Below are positions 18,193 to 28,428 of a DNA stretch of 64,000 bases, piece after piece. Location: positions 9,070 to 73,069 of the forward strand of contig CALXQV010000015.1 of assembly GCA_944390535.1 (NCBI GenBank). The letters are read 5' to 3'. Each line of letters begins with the position of its first letter. The first letter of the stretch is position 1. A program made the translations under genes and the position numbers. The stretch is from an uncultured Clostridia bacterium. GTDB taxonomy: Bacteria > Bacillota > Clostridia > TANB77 > CAG-508. The notes under the pieces are model-generated. The model made no database searches. It worked only from the letters and a program-made list of their open reading frames with translations, and had not been told where the DNA came from.

Positions 18193-18558
18193 ATGAAAAA
18201 ATCAATTATTTTAAAAAGTTTTTTAGTAATTTTAATATGTGCAATGTTTACATTTGCAATAACACCAGTATATGCAGCAACAGATGAAGGATTTGAAGAT
18301 GTATTTAATTTAACTTCAAATACAGAAAACACAAATACCAATACAAATACAGGAAACACAAATACAAGAAATACAAATACAAATAGTGTACAAAATTTAA
18401 ATGCATTAAGAAATACAAGTAATACAGCAAATACATCTAATACGTTACCAAAAACAGGTATAGGAGATGCTTTACCAACAGTATTATTGGTTGTTGTATT
18501 TACAATTTCAGCAGTTTATGCATATAAGAAAATAAAAGATTATAGAAATATTGATTAA
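18193..18558 (+). CDS. small LPXTG-anchored cell-wall protein with Asn/Thr-rich repeats
   Basis: Signal peptide (..PVYA|AT), N/T repeats, LPKTG followed by a hydrophobic stretch and KKIKDYR tail. Confidence 0.8.
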   Translation: MKKSIILKSFLVILICAMFTFAITPVYAATDEGFEDVFNLTSNTENTNTNTNTGNTNTRNTNTNSVQNLNALRNTSNTANTSNTLPKTGIGDALPTVLLVVVFTISAVYAYKKIKDYRNID

Positions 18559-18568
18559 TATAAATAAA

Positions 18569-18598
18569 ATTGAAGATGGTTAGCCATCTTCAATTTTT
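18569..18598. terminator. bidirectional terminator shared by convergent genes
   Basis: ATTGAAGATGG / CCATCTTCAAT stem, loop TTAG, A-run before and T-run after; overlaps the sortase stop codon. Confidence 0.75.
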
Positions 18599-19269
18599 GC
18601 TTTTATAATAATACGATTACCATTAAAATTATTACAAGTAACCAATGTTAATTCAAAAGAATCTGTAACTGTGTGGTATACAGGGGATAAATCATCAGAT
18701 TTTACTTCATAATTTTTAATAACAGAATATATGAATTGATTATCAGAAGTATCATAAATATAAATTTTATCATGTATAGTTAAATCTTTAATTTTGCTAA
18801 AAAATTTATCATTATCATAATTATGTCCAGCAATACATAAATTATAATCACTAGAATTGCTAAAAGGGAAATTTCCAAAAAATCGACAAGGAGCAGTTTT
18901 TAATAATTCATCAGTTAATTCATTAAAAATAGGATAGGAAATATTTAATTTAGGAATTTCAATAACGCCAATAATACTGTTGGGTTGAAGTAGACTACTA
19001 TTTGAAGTATCGTTAGTATGATTAGCATATAATTTGGAAATACTATAATTATGAATTAATAAATCAGAAAAATCTTCTTTATGATTTAAAGAAATTTTGT
19101 AATAAACAAAAACAGAAATAATGATAAATATAGCAAAAATAGAAAGAAAAAATTGAATATTTAATATTTTTTTGTAAGACTGTTTTTTAGAAGGAACATG
19201 TTGTTTATTACCAAAATCTTTTGATTGGTCAATATGGTTATTTAAGTCAATATTAATAATTTGATTCAT
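18580..19269 (-). CDS. sortase (transpeptidase)
   Basis: N-terminal TM, catalytic His (CIAGHN) and TLVTC motif; ATG 19269 preferred over the upstream TTG. Confidence 0.85.
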   Translation of the reverse strand: MNQIINIDLNNHIDQSKDFGNKQHVPSKKQSYKKILNIQFFLSIFAIFIIISVFVYYKISLNHKEDFSDLLIHNYSISKLYANHTNDTSNSSLLQPNSIIGVIEIPKLNISYPIFNELTDELLKTAPCRFFGNFPFSNSSDYNLCIAGHNYDNDKFFSKIKDLTIHDKIYIYDTSDNQFIYSVIKNYEVKSDDLSPVYHTVTDSFELTLVTCNNFNGNRIIIKAKIEDG

Positions 19270-19560
19270 GTCAATTTCAATCCTTTCTGTATTACAAAAT
19301 TTCAATTCTATTAACTATTAGTATTTCCTCATATAGTAAAAATATAATAATGATAAAACATAAAAAAATGGTAATTATGAAAGAAGGTAAAGGAGTAATA
19401 TACTTCTTATTTTTTTATAAAAAAATTTAAATAATAAAAAAATCACTTTTACAGATAGATGACACGGTTATTATCATAAATTTATGTATAAGTAACTGTT
19501 AGATTGATAAAAAGGATGTAAAAGTGATATAGTTTACTATGGGATAGGAAAGGAGGAAAT

Positions 19561-20494
19561 ATGTGGATATTAGATAAAATAATAAGTAGAAATCATACCA
19601 TCAAGTTTGAAGAAATTTCAATGGAATGGTTAGAATTAAAAAGAAATACAATCAAACAATCTACATATTATAAATATGCGTATTGCATAGAAAAATATTT
19701 AAAAGAAAGACTAGGAAAATTAAGAAAAAAAGATTTGGAAACATATGATTATAATCAAATGACAAATGAACTAACAAAAGAATTATTCCCAAAATCAGTA
19801 AAAGAAATATTAAATGTTTTAAAATCTATATTAAAATATGCTAATCAAAGATATGAAATGAATATACATTTGGATTTGATTATTTCGCCAAAAGTAAGAG
19901 TAAAGGAAATTAGTGTATTGTCGAAAAAGGAAGTTAATAAACTAGAAAAATATTGTCTAGCAGAAAATAGTTTAAAAAGTTTAGGTGTATGGATATGTTT
20001 AAACACAGGATTAAGAATAGGAGAAATATGTGCATTAAAATGGGAAGATATTGATTTTGAAAAAAAATTAATTCATATCAAAAAAACATTGCAGAGAGTA
20101 TATACTGTTGAGAAGAAAACAGAAATTATTATTGACAGTAGTAAAACAGAATCTTCTATTAGGTCTATTCCTATGTCTGATAAAATTTATCATACACTAA
20201 AAGAATTACGAAAAAAGCAGGATGTGGAATCTTTTTTTTTTGACGGGGTCTAAAATACAATATATAGAGCCAAGAAGTTATCAAAATATATTTAAAAGAA
20301 TTTTGAAAGAAAGTAAAGTAAAAGAATATAATTTTCATGTTTTAAGACATACTTTTGCAACAAATTGTATAAAAGTAGGAATGGATATAAAATCACTAAG
20401 TGAAATTTTAGGACATGCTAGTGTAGATGTCACATTAAATCGTTATGTACATTCTTCATATGAAATGAAGAAAAAATTTTTAGAAAAGTTGTAA
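19561..20494 (+). pseudogene. stand-alone tyrosine site-specific recombinase, frame broken in a T10 run (20232-20241)
   Basis: N-terminal SAM-like domain, NTGLRIGEICALKWEDID, then in the next frame HVLRHTFAT...GHASVDVTLNRYVH; T9 would restore one ORF. Confidence 0.8.
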
Positions 20495-20642
20495 TTTTTA
20501 TTATGTTAAAACAGTATTTACGTAAGTAAATATAAGAATTTTGTTTAGTATATGTAAACGAAAAAATTTGCAATAAATATACTTGACAAATAAAAAATAT
20601 TGTACTAAAATAGTTAGGCTACGAACTAAAAGAGGTGTGAAT

Positions 20643-21095
20643 ATGGAAAAACGTGAAATTGGAAAATACATTCAAATTGTATCAAGACAATTAAAAAGGA
20701 ATATGGATGAAACTTTAAGCAAATATAATGTTACAGGCGTGCAGTCAATGGTCATAAGATATATTTATAAAAAATCTCAAAAAGGAGAAGTGTTTGCAAA
20801 AGATATTGAAGAAGAATTTGATATGAGAAAAGCAACAGTTACAGGAATTATTCAACTAATGGAGACAAATGGGCTGATTGCTAGAAAAACCAAAGAAGGT
20901 GATTGTAGACTAAAAAGTATTGTCTTAACACCAAAAGCATTAGAAATACAAAATATTGTGCAAAAACAAATACGTGTCACAGAAAAAAATATTGTAAAAG
21001 AAATGACCAAAGAAGAACAAAAACAATTTTTAGAATTGTTAAAAAAAGCATCCAATAATTTAGAAAATGCCAAAAAGAATATGCATCTTACTTAA
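20643..21095 (+). CDS. MarR-family transcriptional regulator
   Basis: Winged-helix MarR pattern; RBS AGAGGTG before ATG 20643; TTGACA-N17-TAAAAT promoter at 20583. Confidence 0.85.
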   Translation: MEKREIGKYIQIVSRQLKRNMDETLSKYNVTGVQSMVIRYIYKKSQKGEVFAKDIEEEFDMRKATVTGIIQLMETNGLIARKTKEGDCRLKSIVLTPKALEIQNIVQKQIRVTEKNIVKEMTKEEQKQFLELLKKASNNLENAKKNMHLT

Positions 21096-21228
21096 GTAAA
21101 GCATTAAAGAGAGGCAAGTTTTATTAACTAACAAATAAAACTTGGATTCTTTTGTTAGAAACACAAAGGAAAATAAACAGTTGAATTTTATTTTTAAAAC
21201 AAAAATCATAAAGAAGGGAGAGGAAAAA

Positions 21229-22968
21229 ATGTTAAAAAAATTAGCAAGTTATATTAAAGAATATAAAAAAGATACCATATTAACACCCATTTTTGTTATT
21301 TTAGAAGTGGTTATGGAGGTTATGATTCCTCTATTAATGGCAAGAATTATCGATGTTGGGATTCAAAATGGAGATGTCCGCTATATTCTAGAAATAGGAG
21401 CTTTATTAATTGTTTCAGCCATATTATCTTTAACCTTTGGAATGTTATCAGGAAGGTTTGCAGCAAAAGCTTCCGCAGGATATGCAAAAAACTTAAGAAA
21501 GGCAATGTTTCATAAGGTTCAAGACTATTCTTTTGAAAATATAGATAAATTCTCAACTTCAAGTCTAGTAACACGTATGACAACAGATGTTACTAATGTA
21601 CAAATGGCCTTTCAAATGATTATTAGGATTTTAGTCAGAGGACCAATCATGATGATATTTGCACTAATCATGGTAATGTCAATTAGTTTAAAACTATCAG
21701 CAATCTTTTTTATAGCAATACCAGTGTTAGGTGCTATTTTGTTCTATATAGCAATCAAAGCACACCCTAATTTTGAAAGAGTATTTAGAAAATATGATAA
21801 ATTAAACAGAGTGGTCCAAGAAAATGTATCTGCTATCAGAGTGGTTAAAGCATATGTTAGAGAGTCATTTGAAGAAAAGAAATTTAAAGAAGTCAATGAT
21901 GAAGTATATGAAAATTTCAAAAAAGCAGAAAAAATAGTGGCATTTAATGGACCAGTTATGCAATTTACCATTTATGCTTGTATCTTATTAATCTCATGGA
22001 TTGGTACACAATTAATTGTTGGTGGAGAAATGGGAACAGGACAATTATCAAGTATTATTACATATGCATGGCAAATTCTTGCAAGTTTAATGATGTTATC
22101 ATTTGTATTTGTTATGATTATTATGGCACAATCATCAGCAGAAAGAATTATGGAAGTAATAGAGGAAGAACCAACATTAAAAAATAAAGAAAAACCAGTA
22201 ACAGAAGTAAAAGATGGTTCTATTACATTTGAAAATGTTAGTTTCCAATATAGTGATGAAAAAGAAGATAATAAATTTGCACTAGAAAATATTAATTTAG
22301 AAATAAAAGCAGGAGAAACCATAGGAATTATTGGAGGAACAGGAAGTTCAAAATCAACACTTGTTCAGTTGATTCCAAGACTATATGATGTCACAAAAGG
22401 AACAATCAAAGTAGGTGGTGTTGATGTAAAAGATTATGAAATTCATAGTTTAAGAGATGCTGTTGCAATGGTATTACAAAAAAATATCCTATTTTCTGGA
22501 ACGATTGCTGAAAATTTAAGATGGGGAAACAAAGAAGCAGAACAAGAAGAATTAGAAGAAGCTTGTAAATTAGCACAAGCAGATGGTTTTATCAAAGAAT
22601 TTCCAAGTAAATATGAAACCATATTAGACCAAGGTGGTACAAATGTTTCAGGAGGACAAAAACAAAGAATTTGTATTGCAAGAGCGATGCTAAAAAAACC
22701 AAAAATATTAATTCTAGATGATTCAACAAGTGCAGTAGATACCAAAACAGATGCATTAATTAGAAAAGCATTTAGAGAAGAAATTCCAAATACAACAAAA
22801 ATCATTATTGCACAAAGAGTTTCTTCAGTAGAAGATGCAGATAAAATTATTGTGCTAAGTGAAGGAAAAATAGATGGAATTGGTACTTCAGAAGAATTAT
22901 TAAAAACAAATACCATATATAGAGAAGTATATGAATCACAAATGAAAGGAGGAGAGGAAGATGCCTAA
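21229..22968 (+). CDS. ABC exporter, fused permease/ATPase (half of a heterodimer)
   Basis: 6-TM domain plus GGTGSSKST Walker A, SGGQKQR signature, ILILDD Walker B. Confidence 0.9.
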   Translation: MLKKLASYIKEYKKDTILTPIFVILEVVMEVMIPLLMARIIDVGIQNGDVRYILEIGALLIVSAILSLTFGMLSGRFAAKASAGYAKNLRKAMFHKVQDYSFENIDKFSTSSLVTRMTTDVTNVQMAFQMIIRILVRGPIMMIFALIMVMSISLKLSAIFFIAIPVLGAILFYIAIKAHPNFERVFRKYDKLNRVVQENVSAIRVVKAYVRESFEEKKFKEVNDEVYENFKKAEKIVAFNGPVMQFTIYACILLISWIGTQLIVGGEMGTGQLSSIITYAWQILASLMMLSFVFVMIIMAQSSAERIMEVIEEEPTLKNKEKPVTEVKDGSITFENVSFQYSDEKEDNKFALENINLEIKAGETIGIIGGTGSSKSTLVQLIPRLYDVTKGTIKVGGVDVKDYEIHSLRDAVAMVLQKNILFSGTIAENLRWGNKEAEQEELEEACKLAQADGFIKEFPSKYETILDQGGTNVSGGQKQRICIARAMLKKPKILILDDSTSAVDTKTDALIRKAFREEIPNTTKIIIAQRVSSVEDADKIIVLSEGKIDGIGTSEELLKTNTIYREVYESQMKGGEEDA

Positions 22969-24823
22969 AAAGAAAGGAAATAAAAGAAAAACAATTAAAA
23001 GACTATTAAAATATGTAACACAAGGATATAAATGGCAATTAACCATTGTTTTAATTAGTATCATAATTAGTGCATTAGTTGGGGTGATTGGTACACAATT
23101 TATCAAATATCTAATTGATGATTTTATTACACCACTTTTAGGAAGCCAATCTCCTGATTATTCAGCATTGATAAAGGTGATTATGCTTATGGGAGGAGTA
23201 TATGCCTTAGGTGTGATTTGTACATATATCTATGATAGATTAATGGTGAATATATCGCAAGGTGTGTTAAATAAAATTCGTAAGCAAATGTTTAATCATA
23301 TGCAAAAATTACCAATTCGATATTTTGATAGTCGTTCACATGGAGAAATTATGAGTACCTATACAAATGATGTAGATACATTAAGACAAATGCTAAGCCA
23401 AAGTATTCCACAAGTATTTTCAGCTTGTGTTTCTATGGTAGCAGTGCTAATTGCTATGTTTGCAACAAATGTCTATTTAACATTTGTCGTATTAGCAATG
23501 GTTGTATTAATGATATTTGTATCAAGATATTTAGGGGGAAATAGTTCAAGATTTTTTGTTAAACAACAAGAAGATATTGGAAAAGTGAATGGATATATTG
23601 AAGAAATGATGGAAGGACAAAAAGTTGTCAAAGTATTTAATTATGAAGAAGATTCAAAAGCAAGGTTTGATGAATTAAATGAACAATTATGTGATAGTAT
23701 GACAAAAGCCAATATGTATGCCAATATTTTAATGCCATGTATCATGAATATTGGAAATTTAGGATATGTGTTAGTGGCTGTGATTGGTGGAATTTTGTCA
23801 ATTAATGGAATCCTAACAATTGGTAGTATAGCAGCCTTTTTACAATATGTAAAAGCATTTACGAATCCGCTAGGGCAAGTTTCTCAACAAATGAATTCTA
23901 TTATTATGGCACTAGCTGGTGCAGAAAGAATTTTTAATTTAATTGATGAGCAAGAAGAAGTAGATGAAGGATATGTAACATTAGTCAATGCAAAAATGGA
24001 AAATGGAAAAATTATAGAAGCAGAAGAAAGAACAGGAATGTGGGCATGGAAACATCCTCATAAAGATGGTAGAGTTACCTATACAAGACTTCGTGGTCAA
24101 GTAGAATTTGAAAATGTACAATTTGGATATGAACAAAAGAAACGAATATTACATGATATTAGTTTAACAGCAAAAGAAGGGCAAAAAGTATCTTTTGTTG
24201 GAGCAACAGGAGCAGGAAAAACAACCATTACAAATCTAATCAACAGATTTTATGATATACAAGATGGAAAAATTCGCTATGATAGAATTAACATCAGAAA
24301 AATTAAAAAAGATGATTTAAGAAAATCATTAGGAATGGTTCTTCAAGATACAAGCTTATTTACAGGAACGATAAGAGATAATATTCGTTATGGAAAATTA
24401 AATGCAACAGATGAGGAAGTGGAAGCGGCAGCAAAACTTTCAAATGCAGACAAATTTATTAAACATTTGCCACATGGATATGACACGAAAATAACGGGTA
24501 ATGGAGAGGGATTATCACAAGGACAAAGACAATTGTTATCAATTGCAAGAGCAGCATTGAATAATCCACCCGTATTAATCTTAGATGAAGCAACTTCAAG
24601 TATTGATACGAGAACAGAAAAAATTGTTCAAGAGGGAATGGATAAATTAATGAAAGGAAGAACAGTATTTGTCATTGCCCATAGACTTTCTACGATTAAA
24701 AATTCTGATTTAATTATGGTGTTAGACCATGGAAGAATTATAGAAAGAGGAAATCATAAAGAATTAATTGCACAAAAAGGAACATATTATGGATTATATA
24801 CAGGTGCAATTGAAATAGATTAA
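22961..24823 (+). CDS. ABC exporter, fused permease/ATPase (second half)
   Basis: GATGAGKTT Walker A, LSQGQRQ signature, VLILDEATS Walker B; overlaps the upstream partner by 8 nt. Confidence 0.9.
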   Translation: MPKKKGNKRKTIKRLLKYVTQGYKWQLTIVLISIIISALVGVIGTQFIKYLIDDFITPLLGSQSPDYSALIKVIMLMGGVYALGVICTYIYDRLMVNISQGVLNKIRKQMFNHMQKLPIRYFDSRSHGEIMSTYTNDVDTLRQMLSQSIPQVFSACVSMVAVLIAMFATNVYLTFVVLAMVVLMIFVSRYLGGNSSRFFVKQQEDIGKVNGYIEEMMEGQKVVKVFNYEEDSKARFDELNEQLCDSMTKANMYANILMPCIMNIGNLGYVLVAVIGGILSINGILTIGSIAAFLQYVKAFTNPLGQVSQQMNSIIMALAGAERIFNLIDEQEEVDEGYVTLVNAKMENGKIIEAEERTGMWAWKHPHKDGRVTYTRLRGQVEFENVQFGYEQKKRILHDISLTAKEGQKVSFVGATGAGKTTITNLINRFYDIQDGKIRYDRINIRKIKKDDLRKSLGMVLQDTSLFTGTIRDNIRYGKLNATDEEVEAAAKLSNADKFIKHLPHGYDTKITGNGEGLSQGQRQLLSIARAALNNPPVLILDEATSSIDTRTEKIVQEGMDKLMKGRTVFVIAHRLSTIKNSDLIMVLDHGRIIERGNHKELIAQKGTYYGLYTGAIEID

Positions 24824-25015
24824 TCTTATGCAGAATGGAGTTTTCTATTCTGTATATTTTTTTAACAAAAATCCATAATAATAGAAATATAAAAAAATGT
24901 ATAGATAGATGTACAAAAAAAATGTATTATGATACAATGTAAAAGAAAAAGAGATAAAGAAAAATATGTGAAAAATGGATAGTAAAATTTATCTAAAAAT
25001 AAAGGGGGAAAACAA

Positions 25016-26725
25016 ATGAAACAAAAAATCATTAAAAGATTAATTATCGTTTTACTAATTACAATTCTAATTTTAGGAGGAATTTTTGCGTATTTATATT
25101 TTGGTACAGACATATTAAAAACAAATGAACAACTATTTTTTAAATATTTAGGACAAATGGTTGATACACAAGAAGGATTTATAGATACTCAATTAATAGA
25201 ATATTCTAATAAAAAATATACAGGAAAATATGAAGATAGTGGAAATTTTTCAATAGATGTAGATATGACAGGAATGGATTCACAAATGTTACAAACAATA
25301 AATGATTTTAACATAGAATATGCAGGAAAAATTGATAATACAGCAAGAAAAAATGAGCAAGACATTTCTATCAATTATTCAAGCGATGTAAATTTTCCTA
25401 TTAAATACAAATATGCGAATGAAACATTAGGATTACAAACAGACTATGTTTCTCAAAAGTATATTGGGATAGAGAATAGAAATTTAAAAGAGTTTGCAGA
25501 AAACTTAGGCATTACAGATACAGAAAGTATTCCAGATACGATAGATTTATTTAGCAGATTAAACAATCAAGAAACTGTAAATTTCACAGAAGAAGAAAGA
25601 AAGCAAGTAATACATACATATAAAACGATGATACAAGAAAAATTAACTGGAAAAGAGTTTACAAAAACACAAGAAAATGAAGTAACTAGTTATTCTGTGC
25701 AAATGACCAATCAAGAAATACAAGATTTAATGGTTACATTTTTAGAAACTTTAAAAAATGACCAAATCATGATGTCAAAAATGGAAGAAATGTTCAAAGA
25801 AGCATTAGACAGCATGAATCAAAATTCTACTGAAAAAATAACGATACAAACGATGATTCAGGAAATGATTGATGATATGTATGATTCTGAAATAGGAGAG
25901 GGAAGCACGACAATAACAGTATCTCAAATCAATAGAAAGGTATCAGCGATTGCTTTAACATCAACAGAAGAAACAACAGGAGTAGAATTAAAATTAACAA
26001 AAACAAAAGACCAAGGAAACTTGAATTATGGTATAGAAATGAATATAACAGATGTGGAAACACAAGAAAATATGAAATATTTCTTAACAGCAAGTTATCA
26101 AGGTTTAGAACAGTTAGCAAGTGTTAATGAAACATATCAATATGGCATAACAGGGATGATAGATGGTCAAGAACAAAAAATGATATGTAATTTAAATTGT
26201 ACAGATACATTTCATGATGGAATAATCGTTGAAGATTATACAGAAGATGAAATACAAGTATTAAATGAGTATAATCAAGAAGAACTGTTAACATTAATCA
26301 TGACAATTGCTGAAAGAATTAGTGAAGTAAATGCAATGCAAATGGAAGAAATTGGTTTTAGCGAATATGGGAATCCAATTATGTTTGCATTTCCATTAAC
26401 ATCTATGCCAATACTAATCTATAACCAAGCATCAGATGTTATGAATGAAACATCAATGAGTGGAGTAGAGATATTTAATTCCCAATTTACACAATATGAA
26501 GGAAAACAAAGAGGAACAGCTATTAAGAGTTTATTACAAATGGTTCTTTCAAATAATATGGTAGAAACAGATGAAAATAGAAAAGTAGAAGTAAGTGGTG
26601 TTGTTACAATGACAAAAGATGATATAGAAGCACCAATAAGTGAGATTAATAGTGGTTCAATGTATAATGTAGAGATACAATATACAGAAGGAATGGTTCA
26701 TGAAATTATTATTACTGAGCAGTAA
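25016..26725 (+). CDS. membrane-anchored protein of unknown function (569 aa)
   Basis: RBS AGGGGG; single N-terminal TM; long extracytoplasmic part with no motif I recognise. Confidence 0.6.
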   Translation: MKQKIIKRLIIVLLITILILGGIFAYLYFGTDILKTNEQLFFKYLGQMVDTQEGFIDTQLIEYSNKKYTGKYEDSGNFSIDVDMTGMDSQMLQTINDFNIEYAGKIDNTARKNEQDISINYSSDVNFPIKYKYANETLGLQTDYVSQKYIGIENRNLKEFAENLGITDTESIPDTIDLFSRLNNQETVNFTEEERKQVIHTYKTMIQEKLTGKEFTKTQENEVTSYSVQMTNQEIQDLMVTFLETLKNDQIMMSKMEEMFKEALDSMNQNSTEKITIQTMIQEMIDDMYDSEIGEGSTTITVSQINRKVSAIALTSTEETTGVELKLTKTKDQGNLNYGIEMNITDVETQENMKYFLTASYQGLEQLASVNETYQYGITGMIDGQEQKMICNLNCTDTFHDGIIVEDYTEDEIQVLNEYNQEELLTLIMTIAERISEVNAMQMEEIGFSEYGNPIMFAFPLTSMPILIYNQASDVMNETSMSGVEIFNSQFTQYEGKQRGTAIKSLLQMVLSNNMVETDENRKVEVSGVVTMTKDDIEAPISEINSGSMYNVEIQYTEGMVHEIIITEQ

Positions 26726-26794
26726 ATATGATAAGGAAGTATAAAGATAATTAGAAAATTGAACCTAATTTATAAAGTAGAGGAGTAGGTTTTT

Positions 26795-27955
26795 ATGTAT
26801 GATATGACAATTTCAAAAGATATTATCTATATTGGAGCAAGTGACAAAAACATAAAAATATTTGAAAACCAATATGTATTAGAAAATGGGATGAGTTATA
26901 ATTCTTATTTAATAAAAGATGAAAAAAATGTTGTATTAGATACCATAGATGAAAAATTAACAGATAAATGGATAGAAAATTTGGAAAAAGCATTGAAAGG
27001 TGAAAAGCCAGATTATCTAATTGTTTCTCATATGGAACCAGACCATGCATATAATATAGGAAAATTGGCTAAAAAATATCCAGAAATGAAGATTGTTGGA
27101 AATCAGCTTACTTTTAATATGCTTGCCAATTTCTTTAAAGAAATCGATTTTTCTAATAGAAAATTTGTTGTTATGGAGGGTGATGTCTTAGATATTGGAA
27201 AGCATAAATTGCAATTCTTTATGGCACCTATGGTACATTGGCCAGAAGTTATGGTGACATATGAGCAAACAGAAAAAATCCTATTTTCAGCAGATGGCTT
27301 TGGAAAGTTTGGGGCAATCGATGCAGAAGAAGAATGGGATTCAGAAGCAAGAAGATATTATTTTGGAATTGTTGGAAAATATGGTATGCAAGTACAAGCA
27401 TTATTAAAAAAAGCTACCAACTTAGAGATTCAAATGATTTGTCCTTTACATGGACCAATTTTAAAAGAAAATTTAGGGTATTATTTAAACAAGTATCATA
27501 CATGGAGTAGTTATCAACCAGAGGAAGAAGGAATCGTAATTGCTTGTAGTTCTATTTATGGAAATACATTGAAAGCTGTGCAAAAACTAGCAGAGATATT
27601 AAAAGAAAAAGGAAATAAAAAAGTTGTAATAGTAGATTTAACAAAAGAAGACTGGGCAGAATCAGTAGCAAATGCTTTCAAATATTCTCATCTAATTGTT
27701 GCATCTTCTAGTTATAATGCAGGGATATTTCCTCCTATGAAACAATTTTTAAATCATCTAAAAGAAAGAAATTATCAAAATAGAACAATAGGTATGATAG
27801 AAAATGGATCATGGGCACCATCAGCAGGAAAAGAAATGAAAAGTATTTTAGAAGAAATGAAAAATATAAATATAGTAGAACCTATGATTACCATAAAATC
27901 AACAATAAGTAATGAAAATATTTCACAAATGGAACAATTGGCAAATGAACTTTAG
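26795..27955 (+). CDS. FprA-family A-type flavoprotein (metallo-beta-lactamase-like plus flavodoxin domains)
   Basis: SHMEPDH di-iron motif and C-terminal flavodoxin-like domain. Confidence 0.8.
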   Translation: MYDMTISKDIIYIGASDKNIKIFENQYVLENGMSYNSYLIKDEKNVVLDTIDEKLTDKWIENLEKALKGEKPDYLIVSHMEPDHAYNIGKLAKKYPEMKIVGNQLTFNMLANFFKEIDFSNRKFVVMEGDVLDIGKHKLQFFMAPMVHWPEVMVTYEQTEKILFSADGFGKFGAIDAEEEWDSEARRYYFGIVGKYGMQVQALLKKATNLEIQMICPLHGPILKENLGYYLNKYHTWSSYQPEEEGIVIACSSIYGNTLKAVQKLAEILKEKGNKKVVIVDLTKEDWAESVANAFKYSHLIVASSSYNAGIFPPMKQFLNHLKERNYQNRTIGMIENGSWAPSAGKEMKSILEEMKNINIVEPMITIKSTISNENISQMEQLANEL

Positions 27956-28031
27956 GGACAGTCCTGAAAGTTCACCCAAATAGTGCTAATGAATTAAAGA
28001 AAATGAACTTTAAGGACTGTCCCTAAAGTTC
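27947..28031. repeat. pair of 27-bp hairpin units in inverted orientation (family B, locus 1)
   Basis: GAACTTTAGGGACAGTCCTGAAAGTTC (27947-27973) and GAACTTTAAGGACTGTCCCTAAAGTTC (28005-28031); the upstream gene's TAG lies inside unit 1. Confidence 0.8.
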
Positions 28032-28054
28032 TAAGTCAGAGGCTGGTGATTTCT

Positions 28055-28240
28055 ATGTCACGTAAAAAAACGGAAACAGGATTAATTATTGTTAAACAAA
28101 CAAAATTTGATAAAATCAGAAGAGGTTTGTTAATGTTTTTTTATGGAAATGATTATAAGCTGATTGAAAAGTATGAACAATTGTTAAAAGTAAATAGACC
28201 GCAAAATATTATTATACCAAAAGAAATCAAAAACCTTTAA
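28055..28240 (+). CDS. small hypothetical protein (61 aa)
   Basis: ORF only; weak RBS; basic N-terminus. Confidence 0.3.
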   Translation: MSRKKTETGLIIVKQTKFDKIRRGLLMFFYGNDYKLIEKYEQLLKVNRPQNIIIPKEIKNL

Positions 28241-28428
28241 ATGAATAAAGAAATATATGCATATATAAAAGATGGTTTGCCAAAAGCAAATACATCTTTT
28301 TTCTATATTGTGATGAAAAATGTGAGAAAACATGATATAATAAGATATGGTTATTACTTTTATGTTATCATTTTTACAAGAAATGACAATGATAGCAGTT
28401 ATTTGAAAAATATATGAGAGGATAGAAA

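Noticed and set aside
19442-19528. 12-bp inverted repeat ATCACTTTTACA / TGTAAAAGTGAT upstream of the recombinase gene, considered as a second invertible site
   Set aside because: It is only 12 bp and AT-rich. A rough estimate suggests several such pairs arise by chance in a window of this size and composition. No promoter-like element lies between the arms.
18035-24823. Integrated mobile element (ICE or prophage remnant) comprising the LPXTG/sortase pair, recombinase, MarR and ABC genes
   Set aside because: There are no direct repeats resembling att sites, no phage, conjugation or replication genes, and no tRNA target visible. The recombinase is better explained as a stand-alone enzyme or pseudogene.
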